Origin: Terriglobales bacterium
GTDB lineage: Bacteria > Acidobacteriota > Terriglobia > Terriglobales > Acidobacteriaceae
Assembly (NCBI GenBank): GCA_035262225.1
Contig: DATFTE010000140.1
Span: forward strand, 155-64,154
Direction: 5' to 3'
DNA length: 64,000 nucleotides
Positions within the stretch are counted from its first letter, which is position 1, and each line of letters starts with the position of its first letter. The notes beneath the pieces are model-generated. The model was given only the letters and a program-made list of their open reading frames with translations. It was not told the DNA's origin and ran no database searches. Of this stretch, positions 38,275 to 47,712 are shown piece after piece. The position numbers were made by a program, and so were the translations under genes.

Positions 38275-38540
38275 CGGGAGAGCGGAAAGGCCCGAATGCG
38301 CTTGGGGAACCGTTCTTCGGAAGCGGCGCGTGCCATTCCTGGCACTTCTGGACTGACTGGACGACGGATAAACCCTCAGCCGGATCGCACGAGAAGCATT
38401 GTTGAGGCGCGCGCCTGCCAGTCAGTGTGCAAGCGTTTTGCAGTCAATGATTCCCGGAAAGATGGCGGGAAATCTTCTTGGTCGCGAAGCCCACGCTGCC
38501 GAGACACCTGGTACGCTGCCTTGCCAGGTGCCGCTGCTCG

Positions 38541-39092
38541 CTACTTCACGCCCTTGTCCGGATCCCACGATCCCTGCAGCTTGCGGATGTAGACGATCTG
38601 TCCGATATGATAGGCGTTGTGGGTTCCAACATGGGCGATGAGTGAGTACCACTTCTCGAGTCTCTTGTCGTCGGCGGACTCTACGGCCTTCTCCCAATCG
38701 GTCATGACCTGGTCGAACTGCTGCACGGTGGCGGTCCACTTCTTGCTGTCGAAGTTGTTAAACGTTTCGTCGTTGTTGCCGCTGAAGTCGCCCTGGGCCT
38801 CTCCCTTGAACTTGGCCAGGCTGCGCTGGTTCCAGAACACCAAGTGATAGGTCAGTTGGCCGATGGAGTGATTGCCCTTGCCGTCGGTCCAATTGGCTTG
38901 ATCGGGTGTCAATCCCGCGATGGCGGTATTGCCGTCGACAAACCAGTCTTTGGTGCTGTGCGTGGTGCGCAACTGTTCGAGCAGCACGCTTTTGAGGGTG
39001 GGCCGAGCTTGGGGCGTCTGGTTCTCGGTCTGCGCCAGGGCGCAGAGAGAAAGCGAGAGCGAGATCAGCAGAACCGAGGCGGTGAGTCTCAT
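38541..39092 (-). CDS. DinB-family protein, secreted
   Basis: Start ATG 39092 (MRLTASVLLISLSLSLCALAQ). DinB-type His motifs: HSIGQLTYHLVFW and HNAYHIGQIVYIR. Confidence 0.75.
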   Translation of the reverse strand: MRLTASVLLISLSLSLCALAQTENQTPQARPTLKSVLLEQLRTTHSTKDWFVDGNTAIAGLTPDQANWTDGKGNHSIGQLTYHLVFWNQRSLAKFKGEAQGDFSGNNDETFNNFDSKKWTATVQQFDQVMTDWEKAVESADDKRLEKWYSLIAHVGTHNAYHIGQIVYIRKLQGSWDPDKGVK

Positions 39093-39390
39093 GGGTATGG
39101 GTCTCCTCGGTGAAATTAGACGCAAGCGCGGTTGTCCGGCTAGCACGAGAAAGAAATTCTGGGGGGTCGGAGTTTGCACTTTACCAGCCTGACCACGTTT
39201 CGCCGACTGTCTACTGCGTGCTCTATCGCGTGCGGAAAAGGCGGAAGCAGGTAGAGGTCGTTCATATCCGGCATGGGGCGCGATGAGAGCCTAGGTCACG
39301 CGAGCTGAGCGGAGGAACATCAGAATAGCCCGCCCAGAGCGGCCCGTCGGCCGGGAGCTAGCATAAGTGCTGCGCTATACTTGAAGCCGG

Positions 39391-40719
39391 ATGGCTGCAG
39401 ATTCGCCAAAGACGTTTTACCTGGAGACATTTGGCTGTCAGATGAATGTCCATGACTCAGAAAAGGTCATTGGCACATTGATTTCCGAAGGATACCGGCA
39501 GGTCCAGACAGTCGAAGAAGCCGGCCTGGTGCTTTACAATACCTGCTCGATCCGCGACAAGGCCGAGCAGAAGGTCTTCCACCGACTGGCCGACTACAAG
39601 AAATTTCTCAAGGAAGGCAAGCGCTTCGGGGTGCTGGGCTGCGTGGCGCAGCAGGAAGGCGAAAGGATCTTCGAGCGTGCGCCCCATGTCTCGTTGGTAT
39701 GTGGATCCGCGTCCTACCGCAACTTGCCGGAAATGCTGGTGCAGATTGAGGCCGGGAACCGGCACGTGACGGGGCTCGACGACCGCCAGACCGACGAGTG
39801 CTTCGAGACCGAGTTCACCTCGCGCAGTAACCCGCATCGCGGCTACATCACCATCATCGAAGGTTGCGACAAGTTCTGCGCCTACTGCGTCGTACCGTTC
39901 ACGCGCGGCAAAGAGCGCAGCCGAACATCGGATTCGGTGCTCGGGGAAGCGCGCCGTATGGCCGAGCTCGGTTATACGGAGATCCAGTTACTGGGCCAGA
40001 ACGTGAATTCCTACAAAGACCCGGCAGGGAAGAGCTCGTTCGCCGAACTGCTGGCTGCAGTTGGCCAGGTGCCTGGCATCCGGAGAGTGCGCTTTACCAC
40101 ATCGCATCCGCGGGATTTCGGGCGGGACATCGTCGAAGCCATTGATTCGGTGGAGACGCTTTGCGACCACGTCCACTTGCCGGTGCAGAGCGGTTCCACC
40201 CGCGTGCTTGACGCCATGCAGCGCCTTTACACCCGCGACCAGTACCTGGAGCGCATCTCGTGGATGAAGGCTGCGCGGCGAGAGATCAGCCTGACCACCG
40301 ACATCATCGTGGGCTTCCCGGGGGAGACGGAATCGGATTTCGAGCAAACCCTATCGCTGCTCGATAGCGTCGAATACGACGGCGTGTTTGGCTTCAAGTA
40401 TTCGCCTCGGCCCAACACTCCCGCGTTGAGCCTCGAAGACGCGATTCCCGAGGAAGAAAAGGCCCGCCGGCTCAATGTTTTGCTGGAAAGGCAGCGCGTC
40501 ATTCAGAAGCGGCGCAACCGGCGGCATCTTGGGCAGCGGGTTGAAGTAATGGTTGAAGGCCGGAACGAGCCGCGCAAACAGTGGAGCGGGCGCACCTCGC
40601 AGAACAAAGTGTTGAATTTTACCGCACCCGACGGAGTGGCCCTGGCTGCAGGTAGCTACGTTCCGGTGATTACGACAGAGTGTTTTCCTAACAGCCTTTT
40701 AGGCGAATTGGTGATATAA
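39391..40719 (+). CDS. miaB: tRNA (i6A37) methylthiotransferase
   Basis: FGCQMN N-terminal cluster region, radical-SAM CDKFCAYCVVP, C-terminal TRAM domain. Confidence 0.93.
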   Translation: MAADSPKTFYLETFGCQMNVHDSEKVIGTLISEGYRQVQTVEEAGLVLYNTCSIRDKAEQKVFHRLADYKKFLKEGKRFGVLGCVAQQEGERIFERAPHVSLVCGSASYRNLPEMLVQIEAGNRHVTGLDDRQTDECFETEFTSRSNPHRGYITIIEGCDKFCAYCVVPFTRGKERSRTSDSVLGEARRMAELGYTEIQLLGQNVNSYKDPAGKSSFAELLAAVGQVPGIRRVRFTTSHPRDFGRDIVEAIDSVETLCDHVHLPVQSGSTRVLDAMQRLYTRDQYLERISWMKAARREISLTTDIIVGFPGETESDFEQTLSLLDSVEYDGVFGFKYSPRPNTPALSLEDAIPEEEKARRLNVLLERQRVIQKRRNRRHLGQRVEVMVEGRNEPRKQWSGRTSQNKVLNFTAPDGVALAAGSYVPVITTECFPNSLLGELVI

Positions 40720-40814
40720 GCGAGTTGTCCGGCTGCCAACGTGGAAGGCAGCGGACGGGGAAATGCGAGCTACCGGGGCGCGCGCGTTACTCGCAAGTTC
40801 CCAGGGGGTCGGGG

Positions 40815-41300
40815 ATGGAAGTCGAGATGAAAATTCGCGGGCTGATGATGGATCCGGTCACGAACATGCCCATCGTGATCCTGAAAGACGTGGGGACCGA
40901 CACGGTGCTGCCGATTTGGGTGGGAATCTACGAGGCCAACGCGATTGCGCTGGAGATCGAAAAGGTGGCCACGCCGCGTCCCATGACCCATGACCTGATC
41001 AAGAATGTACTGGTCGGCCTGGATGCCAATGTGCACAAAGTGGTGGTGACCGAACTGCGCGAGGACACTTTCTTTGCCGTGATCTGGCTGGAGAGGGAAG
41101 GCCGGGTCATCAGCGTCGATTCCCGTCCCTCGGACGCGCTGGCGCTGGCCTTGCGCGTGGACTGCCCGATTTACGTGGAAGACGAGGTTCTGAAGAACTC
41201 CAAGCAGGCCGCCGCCGGAGCCGACCGGGTGACAAGCGAAGAGCTGCGCAAGTGGCTCGAAGGACTGAGCGACGAGGACACCGGCCGGTACAAGATGTAG
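40815..41300 (+). CDS. bifunctional nuclease family protein (DUF151)
   Basis: ATG 40815. PIVILKD...VLPIWVGIYEANAIALEIE...RPMTHDL and SRPSDALALALRVDCPIYV. Confidence 0.8.
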   Translation: MEVEMKIRGLMMDPVTNMPIVILKDVGTDTVLPIWVGIYEANAIALEIEKVATPRPMTHDLIKNVLVGLDANVHKVVVTELREDTFFAVIWLEREGRVISVDSRPSDALALALRVDCPIYVEDEVLKNSKQAAAGADRVTSEELRKWLEGLSDEDTGRYKM

Positions 41301-41597
41301 TGACTTGAGACACTGAGACAGCCACTAGGCAGCCTACTTCTCTGCCTGCATCGCTCTTCGTTTTGCCACGTCTTGCTTTCTTCATTTTGCCCAGCGGATG
41401 CACTATGACTGGATGGGCATCCGAATCCCTATTTTGTTCCCGCACCACCGGTTGCGGCACAGGAGAGTGTTTCTCTTCCCAGAGAGTGGCGTCCACGAGG
41501 TCACAAGTGGGTTTCTTTCCGGTGTGCGATGTGATCTTACTAATGGCACATGCAGCGTGAACATCAGCCTAGGTATGTTGATGCGCTGCGCGGATTA

Positions 41598-41628
41598 TTG
41601 ACATCATCTCTGCAAGATGACATCATAT
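41598..41628 (+). promoter_or_regulatory. candidate vapBC promoter/operator
   Basis: TTGACA at 41598-41603. Direct repeat TGACATCAT at 41599-41607 and 41618-41626. The ATG of vapB is at 41633, so the leader is very short. Confidence 0.4.
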
Positions 41629-41632
41629 CTGC

Positions 41633-41860
41633 ATGCGGACGACTCTGAACCTTGATGAAGACGTTCTGGATCTGGTGAAGCAGTATTCCGAGGCGCGATC
41701 GCTGTCGATGGGGAAAGCGGTTTCCGAGCTGGTGAAGCGGGCGCTGACCACGCCCTTGCCGACCCGGGAGGTCAACGGTCTGCATGTGTTCGTGTTGCCA
41801 GCGGACGCTCCGCCCGTGGATACGGAGCTGATTGAGCGGCTCGCCGACGAAATCGATTGA
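41633..41860 (+). CDS. vapB: type II antitoxin, VapB family
   Basis: MRTTLNLDEDVLDLVKQYSEARSLSMGKAVSELVKRAL. ATGA overlap with the PIN toxin gene. Confidence 0.8.
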   Translation: MRTTLNLDEDVLDLVKQYSEARSLSMGKAVSELVKRALTTPLPTREVNGLHVFVLPADAPPVDTELIERLADEID

Positions 41861-42294
41861 TGATTGCCCTCCTGGACGTCAATGTTCTGATCGCCTTGGT
41901 TTGGCCGACCCACCCCAGTCACACCACTGCCGAGCGGTGGTTCGGCCGCCACGCCGACGACGGATGGGCCACGTGCCCTTTCACACAGGCAGGGTTTGTG
42001 CGCGTCCTCTCCGGCACGGCGTTTGCGCCGTATGCCCCAAGCGTGGCCGATGCGCGGGAGGCATTGAGGAAGAATCTTCGGCATCCTTCCCATCATTTCT
42101 GGCCGGACGTTTTACCGCTGCCGGAGGCACTTGGCTTGCTGGGTACCACGATCGTGGGGCATCAACAAATCACCGATGCATATCTCTTGGCGCTTGCCAT
42201 CCACCATAAGGGGAAGGTTGTGACGCTCGACCGATCGATGCAAGCTTTGGTGCAGGACGCCAACCTGGCGAAGATACTGGAGATTCTGCGCTAG
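41857..42294 (+). CDS. vapC: type II toxin, PIN-domain ribonuclease VapC family
   Basis: LLDVNVLIAL at the N-terminus, QITDAYLLALA, VVTLD. 145 aa. Confidence 0.85.
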   Translation: MMIALLDVNVLIALVWPTHPSHTTAERWFGRHADDGWATCPFTQAGFVRVLSGTAFAPYAPSVADAREALRKNLRHPSHHFWPDVLPLPEALGLLGTTIVGHQQITDAYLLALAIHHKGKVVTLDRSMQALVQDANLAKILEILR

Positions 42295-42300
42295 CTCTCA

Positions 42301-42350
42301 GGCGCACGGGCTGGGTGAGCCCCTAAAGTTGCACCGTGCCGCCTGTTTTA
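42301..42350 (+). terminator. candidate intrinsic terminator after vapC
   Basis: GGCGCACGG (42301-42309) pairs with CCGTGCCGCC (42334-42343) with one bulge. An inner hairpin GGGCT/AGCCC is present. TGTTTTA follows. Confidence 0.4.
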
Positions 42351-42501
42351 CATAATACCTCTTATCGGACATTGATAATCCGGCTGATCTGCCAGCGGCG
42401 CACCCGCGTCTCCCAACGCCCGGTGCTCGAGGCGGAAATTTCACGATAGCAGTCCATCCCCTACCGTGCCCTTCCACGCTCGCGGCGCCGCCGCCGGCAG
42501 T

Positions 42502-42753
42502 TTATTCCCGCTGCTGTAGGTTGGCGCCAAGCTGAAACGGTGCCCAGGCGGCATGGTTCCCCCGCGTTCCGTCGCCCGATTGTTTGCAGAGGTAAATCCG
42601 GATTCTGGCCGAGCCATCCTCAAGCTTGCCGGTAACCACGGTATGCAAATCTCCCTTTTGCGCTTTTCTCGGTAGAGCCTTGAGAATCCTCCCCCTCTTG
42701 GCGGTGGTCACGAAACCCTCCCATAGCTCGCCGATGAATACAGTGGTTGCCAT
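42502..42753 (-). CDS. hypothetical small protein
   Basis: ORF 42502..42792, ATG at 42753: MATTVFIGELWEGFVTTAKRGRILKALPRK... No recognisable family and no clear RBS. Kept only because no better explanation exists for this 700-bp gap. Confidence 0.25.
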   Translation of the reverse strand: MATTVFIGELWEGFVTTAKRGRILKALPRKAQKGDLHTVVTGKLEDGSARIRIYLCKQSGDGTRGNHAAWAPFQLGANLQQRE

Positions 42754-43004
42754 AGAGAGGGTGAGAGCAACCCGGCTGCCGTTTGTGTCCACAGCCGCGG
42801 AGGGCGCAATCGTGCGTAAAGTCGCGGCGATCGGCGGCGTCTGTGAATTCCTAACAGCCCCAGACAGGAGTGATAGTTGACCACGGTTGGTTAGCGGAGT
42901 ATCCGTTTGGATAGGGCGGAGCTTCGCGTCCGACCGTCAGACCCCAGCCGGCGGTACGCTGATGCGCGGTGATCGGGAACGGACAGCGACGCCGGTCCTC
43001 CAGT

Positions 43005-43535
43005 TCACAGGCGGTATTTCTCTTTGAGGACGCGGCGGTGGTGCAGTTCGTGCCCGGCCATGATGAAGGCGACGGCGCGTACGGAAACGGCCGCCTTATT
43101 GGCGATGCCGCGGCGCGACCAAGCCTCTTCGTCGAGCGCGCGCAACAGGCAGAGGCTCGATTCACGGACGGCGCCATATTCCTCGACCAATCCGGCGAGC
43201 CAGCGGCGGGCGAAGGGTCCGAAACGCACGTAGTCATCCTGCTCGAAACCTTCGATGGGCGTCTGGTCGTTGCGGGCGATGCGCAGGGCGCGGTAGGCGA
43301 AGACGCGTTCGGTATCGCTGAGATGGCCGACGACTTCCTTGATAGTCCACTTGCCCGGGGCGTAACGAAAGTTGCCTTGGTCTTCGCTGAGCCCGCCGAG
43401 GAGCGCCCGGGTATCGGCCATCTGGGCCCGCAGGGTGTCCAGGACGTCGCCCTCAGGAACCAGCGAGATGTAGCGCGAGTAGTAGGGATCGTGTTCGTCC
43501 GGTAGGGGGCGTTGCGCGGTGATTGCTGAGGCCAT
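43005..43535 (-). CDS. DinB-family protein
   Basis: YAPGKWTIKEVVGHLSDTERVFAYR and AFIMAGHELHHRRVL, the DinB_2-type His triad. Confidence 0.8.
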   Translation of the reverse strand: MASAITAQRPLPDEHDPYYSRYISLVPEGDVLDTLRAQMADTRALLGGLSEDQGNFRYAPGKWTIKEVVGHLSDTERVFAYRALRIARNDQTPIEGFEQDDYVRFGPFARRWLAGLVEEYGAVRESSLCLLRALDEEAWSRRGIANKAAVSVRAVAFIMAGHELHHRRVLKEKYRL

Positions 43536-43559
43536 GTGGTTGATGATATCGCGAGTTCT

Positions 43560-44480
43560 CTATTCCCTGCCGCTGTAGGCTCCGGCAGGTTGGGGGCTAT
43601 GCTCGGCGGCAAAGACGATTTTGGGATGGAACAGGGTGCCCGCGACGCGCACAGCGATGGCGATCAGCTCCGCCTGGCCGTAAAACACCTTGACGAAGCG
43701 GCTGCGGGAGAGCTCCGGAAGGTTGACGGTGCGGCCGGTGCGAATTCTGGCGGTGGCCTCGTCGGTCGCCGTCACGGATGGAAACTGGGGCAGCAGCTTG
43801 CGTGGATGGAGGAACAGTTCCTCGGCGGTCCTGTTCGCCGCCGCGTCTTCGACTTCTTCGAGTGTGCGGGCGCCGGCCAGGTCGAATTCGGCCACGCTGG
43901 TGCGGCGCAGCGATTCGAGGTGGGCTCCGCAACCCAGCTCCTGGCCCAGGTCGTGCGCCACCGAGCGCACATAAGTGCCGGACGCTACGCGCGCGCGAAA
44001 CGCAGCCCGGTCGCCTTCGAGGCTGAGGATCTCGAACTCCTTGACTTCTACCCGCACGGGTTCGAGCGGGACGTCCCGGTGCTTGCGGGCCAGCTTGTAG
44101 GCCGGGACTCCGTGAATCTTCTTGGCGCAAAAGGGCGGCGGCATCTGTTCGATCACACCCTGAAAGCGGGCGGCGTGCTCCCTCAACTCTTCAAGTGATA
44201 CTTGAACGTTGGCGGCAGGACTGCTGGGGCTGCCTTCGGCATCATAGGTGTCGGTGGAGAAGCCGAGGCGGATGATGCCTTCGTAAGTCTTTTGCGAGGC
44301 AGTGTAGAACTGCGCCAGACGGGTCAGGTTGCCTGTCACCAGCGGCAAGACCCCGGTCGCCAGCGGGTCCAGCGTGCCCAGATGGCCGACGGCGCGCTGC
44401 TGCAGGCTGCGGCGCACGCGGTTGACCACGTCGTGCGAGGTGAGGCTGGCCGGTTTGTCGATAATCACAACGCCATTCAT
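43560..44480 (-). CDS. truB: tRNA pseudouridine(55) synthase
   Basis: Start moved to ATG 44480 (MNGVVIIDKPASLTSHDVV). Catalytic GHLGTLDPLATG. Confidence 0.93.
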   Translation of the reverse strand: MNGVVIIDKPASLTSHDVVNRVRRSLQQRAVGHLGTLDPLATGVLPLVTGNLTRLAQFYTASQKTYEGIIRLGFSTDTYDAEGSPSSPAANVQVSLEELREHAARFQGVIEQMPPPFCAKKIHGVPAYKLARKHRDVPLEPVRVEVKEFEILSLEGDRAAFRARVASGTYVRSVAHDLGQELGCGAHLESLRRTSVAEFDLAGARTLEEVEDAAANRTAEELFLHPRKLLPQFPSVTATDEATARIRTGRTVNLPELSRSRFVKVFYGQAELIAIAVRVAGTLFHPKIVFAAEHSPQPAGAYSGRE

Positions 44481-44579
44481 GAAGATTTGATAAGTTAACA
44501 GTTGGGGAATCTGGGGAACGCGGCCGCGCGCCATCTTAAGTTACCAAATTTCCCGAATGCCCACGCCTGAAATTCTTGC

Positions 44580-45296
44580 ATGATCCCCATCCGCGATGAC
44601 ACGCCCCGCTTTAGCACGCCCTACGTGACGTACTTTCTGATTGCGCTGAACACGGTGATTTTCCTGTGGGAGTGGTTGGTGGGGCTCGAGAGCCAGCGGG
44701 AGCTCAACGCGCTGATCTTTCAGTTTGGCGTGGTGCCTCGCCATGTGACGGCGGTGCTCGAGACAACGGCGAACGTCAGCCTGGCCGACGCCTTCCTTCC
44801 TATCCTGACGTCGATGTTCCTGCACGGATCGTGGCTGCACATCATCGGGAACATGTGGGTGCTCTGGATTTTTGGTGACAACATCGAAGATTATCTCGGC
44901 CACTTCCCTTACCTGATTTTCTACCTGGTGTGCGGGATCGCCGCCTCCGTGGCGCACATTCTGCTGAATCTGTATTCGGGGGTGCCGAGCGTGGGCGCGA
45001 GCGGCGCCATAGCCGGGGTGATGGGCGCGTACTTCGTGCTCTATCCGCGGGCACGGGTGCTGACTATTGTGCCGCTGATCATCATCTTCACCTTCTGGTG
45101 GCTACCGGCGTGGATCGTGCTCGGCTACTGGTTCCTGCTGCAACTGCTGAGCGGAGCAGCCACATCGATCGCGGTGACCGGACAAGGCGGGCCGGGGATC
45201 GCATTCTGGGCGCACGTGGGAGGGTTTGTGGCCGGGATTCTGCTGATCAAGCTTATGCCGCAACGGCCGCACCGCACACGCTACGGGGCTTATTGA
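44580..45296 (+). CDS. rhomboid-family intramembrane serine protease
   Basis: FLHGSWLHIIGNMWVLWIFG and catalytic GASGAIAGVMGAY. 6-7 TMs. Confidence 0.9.
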   Translation: MIPIRDDTPRFSTPYVTYFLIALNTVIFLWEWLVGLESQRELNALIFQFGVVPRHVTAVLETTANVSLADAFLPILTSMFLHGSWLHIIGNMWVLWIFGDNIEDYLGHFPYLIFYLVCGIAASVAHILLNLYSGVPSVGASGAIAGVMGAYFVLYPRARVLTIVPLIIIFTFWWLPAWIVLGYWFLLQLLSGAATSIAVTGQGGPGIAFWAHVGGFVAGILLIKLMPQRPHRTRYGAY

Positions 45297-45412
45297 CGGG
45301 GCGAACCTGTGACCCAAGCCCCAAGCGCGTTTGGCAGCCAGCTGTATGTGTAAAACGCCTTGCCCAAAGAAAAGAACGCCGCCTCTACGACGGGATACGG
45401 AAGAGGGGCACA

Positions 45413-46144
45413 TTAGAGGGTTCCGGCGGCAGGCAGGAGCAGCAGTTCCTCAGCCACGCTTTCGGGCGGGAGCTTAAGCGCGTTCACAACTGCCATCGCC
45501 ACCGTTTCCGCTGACATCATTTTGCGCCGCGGAGCTTCGGGCCAAAGGGTCTTCCAGATGGCGGTATCGGTGGCGCCTGGCATGAGAGCGATAACACGAA
45601 TGCCGCGCGGCCGGAGTTCTTCGCGGAGCGTGTTGGTGAGTCCGAGGGCGCCGTGTTTGGAGGCGTTGTAGGCGGAGGAACCGGGGAAGACCCGCTTAGC
45701 GGCTATGGAAAGATTGTTGACGATGGTTCCGCCACGCTTCATCAGCGGCAGAACCGCGTGTGTGACCAGAAACAGGCCGTCCAGGTTGGTGGCCATCACT
45801 TCACGCCAGATTCTGTAGTTGAGCTGGTCGACGTTCTGGTGGGGTTGGCCGACGCCGGCGTTGTTGATAAGGATGTCGAGTTGGCGGAAGCATCCCCTGA
45901 TCTGCTGCTGAAGGGAGTCGACGGCGGCGGGATCGCGGATGTCACAGGCCACGATGAGGACGGTCACGCGGTGTTTCTCCAGTTCCCTGCCGGCACGGAT
46001 CAGTGCCGAGCGGTTGCGGCCGGTGACGACCAGGCTGCAGCCTTCGGCGGCGAGCGCATGGGCAAGCGCGAGTCCGATGCCGCGGGAGGCGCCGGTGATG
46101 AGAGCGGCTTTGCCGCGCAGGCGCGATGGGGTGAAGGTGGCCAC
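45413..46144 (-). CDS. short-chain dehydrogenase/reductase (candidate sepiapterin-reductase-type step)
   Basis: TGASRGIG, NNAG, YNASK. Lies 124 bp downstream of folE on the same strand. Confidence 0.85.
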   Translation of the reverse strand: MATFTPSRLRGKAALITGASRGIGLALAHALAAEGCSLVVTGRNRSALIRAGRELEKHRVTVLIVACDIRDPAAVDSLQQQIRGCFRQLDILINNAGVGQPHQNVDQLNYRIWREVMATNLDGLFLVTHAVLPLMKRGGTIVNNLSIAAKRVFPGSSAYNASKHGALGLTNTLREELRPRGIRVIALMPGATDTAIWKTLWPEAPRRKMMSAETVAMAVVNALKLPPESVAEELLLLPAAGTL

Positions 46145-46268
46145 AATTGTCGCGAAAGAAGGTAGCAGGACTGCGGGCGGTTAGGAAGAAGCTTTTCGCC
46201 CTTGCCTCCCGCCGGGCCCCGGAAAACCCCTCAACCAGACGCGGAGATGCGGTTCCTCCATGCGCGCC

Positions 46269-46874
46269 CTACATGCCGTTGGGACGGGCGCGAATCAGCG
46301 AGAGGAATTCGGAACGGGTCTCCTCCTCGTTGCGGAAGCAGCCGAGCATGGAAGAGGTCACGGCGGCGGAGTGTTGTTTTTCGACGCCGCGCATCATCAT
46401 GCACAGGTGGCGCGCCTCGATCACCACACCCACCCCCTGCGGTTCGATGGCTTTTTGGATGATTTCCGCGATCTGCGTGGTCAGGCGCTCCTGGATCTGC
46501 AGGCGGCGGGAGAAAATCTCGATGAGGCGCGGGATCTTGCTCAGGCCGATCACCTTGCCGTTGGGGATGTAGGCCACGTGTACTTTGCCGAAGAACGGCA
46601 GCAGGTGGTGCTCGCACAGGCTGAACATCTCCACGTCTTTGACGATGACCATCTCATCGTAGCTGACGGTGAACAGCGCACCCTTGAGCAGCGCTTCGGG
46701 GTCTTCCTTGTATCCGCGGGTAAGGAATTCGTAAGCGCGGCGGACGCGTTCCGGCGTGCGTACCAGCCCTTCGCGCGTGGGATCTTCGCCGATGCGCACA
46801 ATCACTTCGCGCACTAATTCTTCGAAGCTGGCGCTGGTCAGCGTGGCGGACTCAACCGACGGTTTCGTAGGCAT
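46269..46874 (-). CDS. folE: GTP cyclohydrolase I
   Basis: [45 protein letters not shown]. Confidence 0.95.
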   Translation of the reverse strand: MPTKPSVESATLTSASFEELVREVIVRIGEDPTREGLVRTPERVRRAYEFLTRGYKEDPEALLKGALFTVSYDEMVIVKDVEMFSLCEHHLLPFFGKVHVAYIPNGKVIGLSKIPRLIEIFSRRLQIQERLTTQIAEIIQKAIEPQGVGVVIEARHLCMMMRGVEKQHSAAVTSSMLGCFRNEEETRSEFLSLIRARPNGM

Positions 46875-46882
46875 ACCTGGCC

Positions 46883-47305
46883 TTACCTGAGAGCTTCTTC
46901 TCCTCCGGCGTATGCGAAGGAGTTCAACATGGTCTCTTCGATCCTTACCATTTCCAGATGAGCATGATGGAAAGTGCGCTGCAAAATATCGTAAATCAAC
47001 CGGCAGAGGTTTTCCGTAGTGGGGACCTGGGCGGCGAATTCCGCGGCCTTGTTCAGATTCTGCAGGTCAAAGCGGTCGAGGATCTGGCGGTGCACGGCGT
47101 CGTCGAGGTCGACCAGGTTGCAGGCCATGCCGGTTTTTTCATCCACCGAGCCGCTGACGGTGATTTCGACGGTGTAGTTATGTCCGTGGCCATGCGGGTT
47201 ATTGCACTTGCCGTAGGTGGCCGCGTTCTCGGTGTCGGACATGGCATCGCTATGCAGGCGGTGCGAGGCCGAGAAGCGATAGCGGCGCGTCAGATAGACC
47301 TTCAT
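46883..47305 (-). CDS. 6-pyruvoyl-tetrahydropterin synthase family protein, divergent copy (Asp-Leu in place of Asp-His)
   Basis: FSASHRL and [16 protein letters not shown] are conserved, but the catalytic DH position reads [12 protein letters not shown] overlap with the upstream paralog. Confidence 0.85.
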   Translation of the reverse strand: MKVYLTRRYRFSASHRLHSDAMSDTENAATYGKCNNPHGHGHNYTVEITVSGSVDEKTGMACNLVDLDDAVHRQILDRFDLQNLNKAAEFAAQVPTTENLCRLIYDILQRTFHHAHLEMVRIEETMLNSFAYAGGEEALR

Positions 47306-47712
47306 GCTTCTCCATAGAAATCGACGAACAGGTCTGGCGTTTCATAGACCCGCACGCGATGCAGTTGCGCGGCCTTCAATTTGGGTGCCAGGCGCTGCCA
47401 GATGGCGATGGCGAGATTCTCCGTGGTCGGAATGCGGCTGAAGAACTCGGGCACTTCCTTGTTGAGGAAGCGGTGGTCCATGGCGTCGAGGACTTCGCGG
47501 GTGAGGATCTCTTTCAGCTGTTTCAGGTCGACGACGAAGCCCGAGCGCGGGTCCACGTTGCCCTTTACCGTGACCTCGAGCGTGTAGTTATGCCCGTGTC
47601 CGTGGGGGTTGTTGCATTTGCCGAAGATGCGCCGGTTTTCTTCCGGCGTGAATTCCGGATTGTTGTAATAGTGCGAGGCCGAAAATTCCGCTTTGCGGGT
47701 TAAGTAGACCAT
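47302..47712 (-). CDS. 6-pyruvoyl-tetrahydropterin synthase / 6-carboxytetrahydropterin synthase (canonical copy)
   Basis: [41 protein letters not shown]. Colinear with animal-type PTPS. Confidence 0.88.
   Translation of the reverse strand: MVYLTRKAEFSASHYYNNPEFTPEENRRIFGKCNNPHGHGHNYTLEVTVKGNVDPRSGFVVDLKQLKEILTREVLDAMDHRFLNKEVPEFFSRIPTTENLAIAIWQRLAPKLKAAQLHRVRVYETPDLFVDFYGEA

Noticed and set aside
42851-43612. 253-aa minus-strand ORF
   Set aside because: It overlaps the DinB-family gene (43005..43535) in another frame. DinB motifs support the latter gene, and this product is Pro/Ser/Arg-rich.
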